DNA of 64,000 nucleotides, from contig JAYTLA010000042.1 of the NCBI GenBank assembly GCA_043729825.1, positions 482 through 64,481 of the forward strand. Direction: 5' to 3'. This stretch comes from Ferruginibacter sp. (GTDB lineage: Bacteria; Bacteroidota; Bacteroidia; Chitinophagales; Chitinophagaceae). Both the position numbers and the translations under genes were made by a program. Under the pieces are notes generated by a model. The model had not been told where the DNA came from, searched no databases, and worked only from the letters and a program-made list of their open reading frames with translations. Shown here one piece after another: positions 62,142 to 64,000 of the stretch; within the stretch, counting starts at the first letter, position 1, and every line of letters starts with the position of its first letter.

Positions 62142-62205
62142 TGTATAAATAATGTGCTATAAACCGCAAAGTAACTAATTTTACAGTTATTAAAAGTGTA
62201 ATAAT

Positions 62206-62613
62206 ATGTTAGAAGGTAAAAGACAAAAACAAGTGGCGGCGGTATTGGAGAAAGATTTAAACGAAATTTTTCAGCGCAAAGGGCTTTCAATGATGGATGG
62301 CGGTATGGTTTCTATAGCTTCTGTAAAAATTACGCCCGATCTTTTTGATGCTCGCATTTACCTCAGTTTTTTTCAAATAAAAGACCCAGTAGCTACTTTA
62401 AATAAAATACAAGAACAAGCTTGGGAAATAAAAAAAGAATTAACAGCTAGGGTACGCCATCAATTGCGCAGCATGCCGCAACTTACTTTTTATATAGATG
62501 ATACGCTGGAATATGTAGATAAAATGGAAGTGCTTTTTAAAGAAATAAAAAATCAACCCCCAATTTCTCCGCCAATGCCAGCAGAAAATTCTGATAAACA
62601 GAATAAAGATTGA
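62206..62613 (+). CDS. rbfA: Ribosome-binding factor A
   Basis: VKITPDL, ARIYLS, LRSMPQLTFYIDDT. Confidence 0.93.
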   Translation: MLEGKRQKQVAAVLEKDLNEIFQRKGLSMMDGGMVSIASVKITPDLFDARIYLSFFQIKDPVATLNKIQEQAWEIKKELTARVRHQLRSMPQLTFYIDDTLEYVDKMEVLFKEIKNQPPISPPMPAENSDKQNKD

Positions 62614-62655
62614 TTCAAAAAAAACCTTGAACCTTCAACTTTAAACTTTCAACTT

Positions 62656-63873
62656 TTGTATTTAGCATTTGCATGGAGATATTTTAGGGCAAAAAAATCT
62701 GCCAATGCCATCAATATTATTGCATGGGTTACTACTGCCGTAATAGCATTTGCTACATGCTGTCAAATATTGGTGCTTAGTGTTTTTAATGGTTTCGAAG
62801 ATTTGGTAAAATCGCTCTACTCCACTTTTTACAACGATGTAAGGATTATACCTTCCGAAGGAAAAACATTTACGCTCACTCCTACCCTTATAAATGCCAT
62901 CAATAAACAAACATTTGTAAGTGGCATTTCTATGATGGCAGAAGACAATGCTTTGCTTAAAAATGAAGAATCGCAAAAAGTAGTTTCGCTAAAAGGTGTT
63001 GATTCTAATTATAAAAACATTAGCGGTGTTGCAGCTAAAATAAGCTCAGGAGATTTTGATATTGGAAACATTGATACTCCAAAATTAGTAGTAGGCTATG
63101 GCGTACAAAATGCCACTTACATTAATGTTAGTGAAGCGCTCCCTGCATCTACTGTAACCATTATTCTCCCCAAAAAAACATTGAGCAAAAATATTGAAGA
63201 TGCCATGAGCGAGGGGAATACAATGGCAACTGGCGTGTTTTCTATACAGCAAGAAATAGATGATAAATATGCTATTACCAATATTGATTTTGTAAAGCAA
63301 CAAATGGGTTTTGAAGCAGATGAATATAGTGCCGTAGAAATAAAATTAAAACCAAAAGTAGATATTGATGCAGCAAAAAATGAATTACAAAAATTACTTG
63401 GCACAAAATTAAAAGTACAAACACGTTACGAACAAAATGCAAATTTATACAGTACCATGCGCTTAGAAAAATGGGCTGTGTATGCCATACTCACACTCAT
63501 ACTTATTATTGCTGCTTTCAATATGGTGAGTGCTCTTACCATGCTTGTGCTAGAAAAACAAAATGACATTAGCATACTTCGTAGCATGGGCACTACTAAA
63601 ATTGATGTGCAAAAAATATTTTTAGCTGAGGGTTTATTGCTGGGTTTTATTGGAGCAGCAACTGGTATTTTTTTAGCAGTGATTATTTGTTTTTTGCAAA
63701 CAAAATTTCATTTAATAAAAATAAATGGCGGCAGTTTTTTAATAGATTATTTTCCAGTAAAAATGATTGGCACCGATTTTTTAATGGTAGCCGCTACGGC
63801 ACTTTGTATTTCATTTTTTGCGGCTTGGTTTCCTGCACGCAAGGCTGCAGAAAAAGATATTTCCTTAAAATAA
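62656..63873 (+). CDS. LolC/E-like ABC permease (TTG start)
   Basis: FAWRYF, LSVFNGF, IAAFN, ILRSMG, FPARKAA. Confidence 0.88.
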   Translation: MYLAFAWRYFRAKKSANAINIIAWVTTAVIAFATCCQILVLSVFNGFEDLVKSLYSTFYNDVRIIPSEGKTFTLTPTLINAINKQTFVSGISMMAEDNALLKNEESQKVVSLKGVDSNYKNISGVAAKISSGDFDIGNIDTPKLVVGYGVQNATYINVSEALPASTVTIILPKKTLSKNIEDAMSEGNTMATGVFSIQQEIDDKYAITNIDFVKQQMGFEADEYSAVEIKLKPKVDIDAAKNELQKLLGTKLKVQTRYEQNANLYSTMRLEKWAVYAILTLILIIAAFNMVSALTMLVLEKQNDISILRSMGTTKIDVQKIFLAEGLLLGFIGAATGIFLAVIICFLQTKFHLIKINGGSFLIDYFPVKMIGTDFLMVAATALCISFFAAWFPARKAAEKDISLK

Positions 63874-63921
63874 AAACCGCTTCATTTACATAAAGCAGCT
63901 TTTTAAATCTTCAAATATTTT

Positions 63922-64000
63922 TTAATAATCTCCTAAAGTCTCAGGTAATTCTGCCAATGCTTTTGCCAACTGTTCATCATTTGGTGCTATGCCATGCCAC
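63922..64000 (-). CDS. 3' end of probable transketolase N-terminal subunit (partial)
   Basis: Reads WHGIAPNDEQLAKALAELPETLGDY*. Confidence 0.7.
   Translation of the reverse strand, partial: WHGIAPNDEQLAKALAELPETLGDY

Overview
AT-rich chromosomal window from a Bacteroidota bacterium, probably Chitinophagaceae-like (inferred from gene order, TAnnTTTG promoters and the split atpD-atpC unit). 1-17 kb: dcw cluster (mraZ-rsmH-ftsL-ftsI-murE-mraY-murD-ftsW-murG-murC-ftsQ-ftsA-ftsZ, minus strand) with many small palindromic and tandem repeats, two of them in frame inside murC; MraZ boxes and a phased DnaA-box-like cluster lie upstream. 17-38 kb: housekeeping genes, a RelE/ParE-type TA pair and a metal-uptake region (Cys/His leader, three TonB-dependent receptors, a DtxR-like operator, a decayed transporter gene). 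The best candidate for an undescribed system is 38.5-55 kb: a LytS/LytTR pair, three paralogous exported proteins, a ~2070-aa PKD/Ig-repeat protein ending in a serine beta-lactamase-like domain instead of a T9SS signal, an outer-membrane beta-barrel and a YkuD-like gene. Two Cys-rich domains are shared among these proteins, and matching 12-bp direct-repeat pairs precede both sub-operons. Divergent from it (55.3-58.8 kb) is a second candidate: two paralogous lipoprotein-like proteins ending GGxE[YF]GxxP, a multi-TM protein, a sensor-less kinase and a NarL regulator. A direct-repeat-flanked islet (Bro-N remnant plus PIN TA pair) and core genes close the window. All calls are by eye from sequence and motifs; no searches were run.
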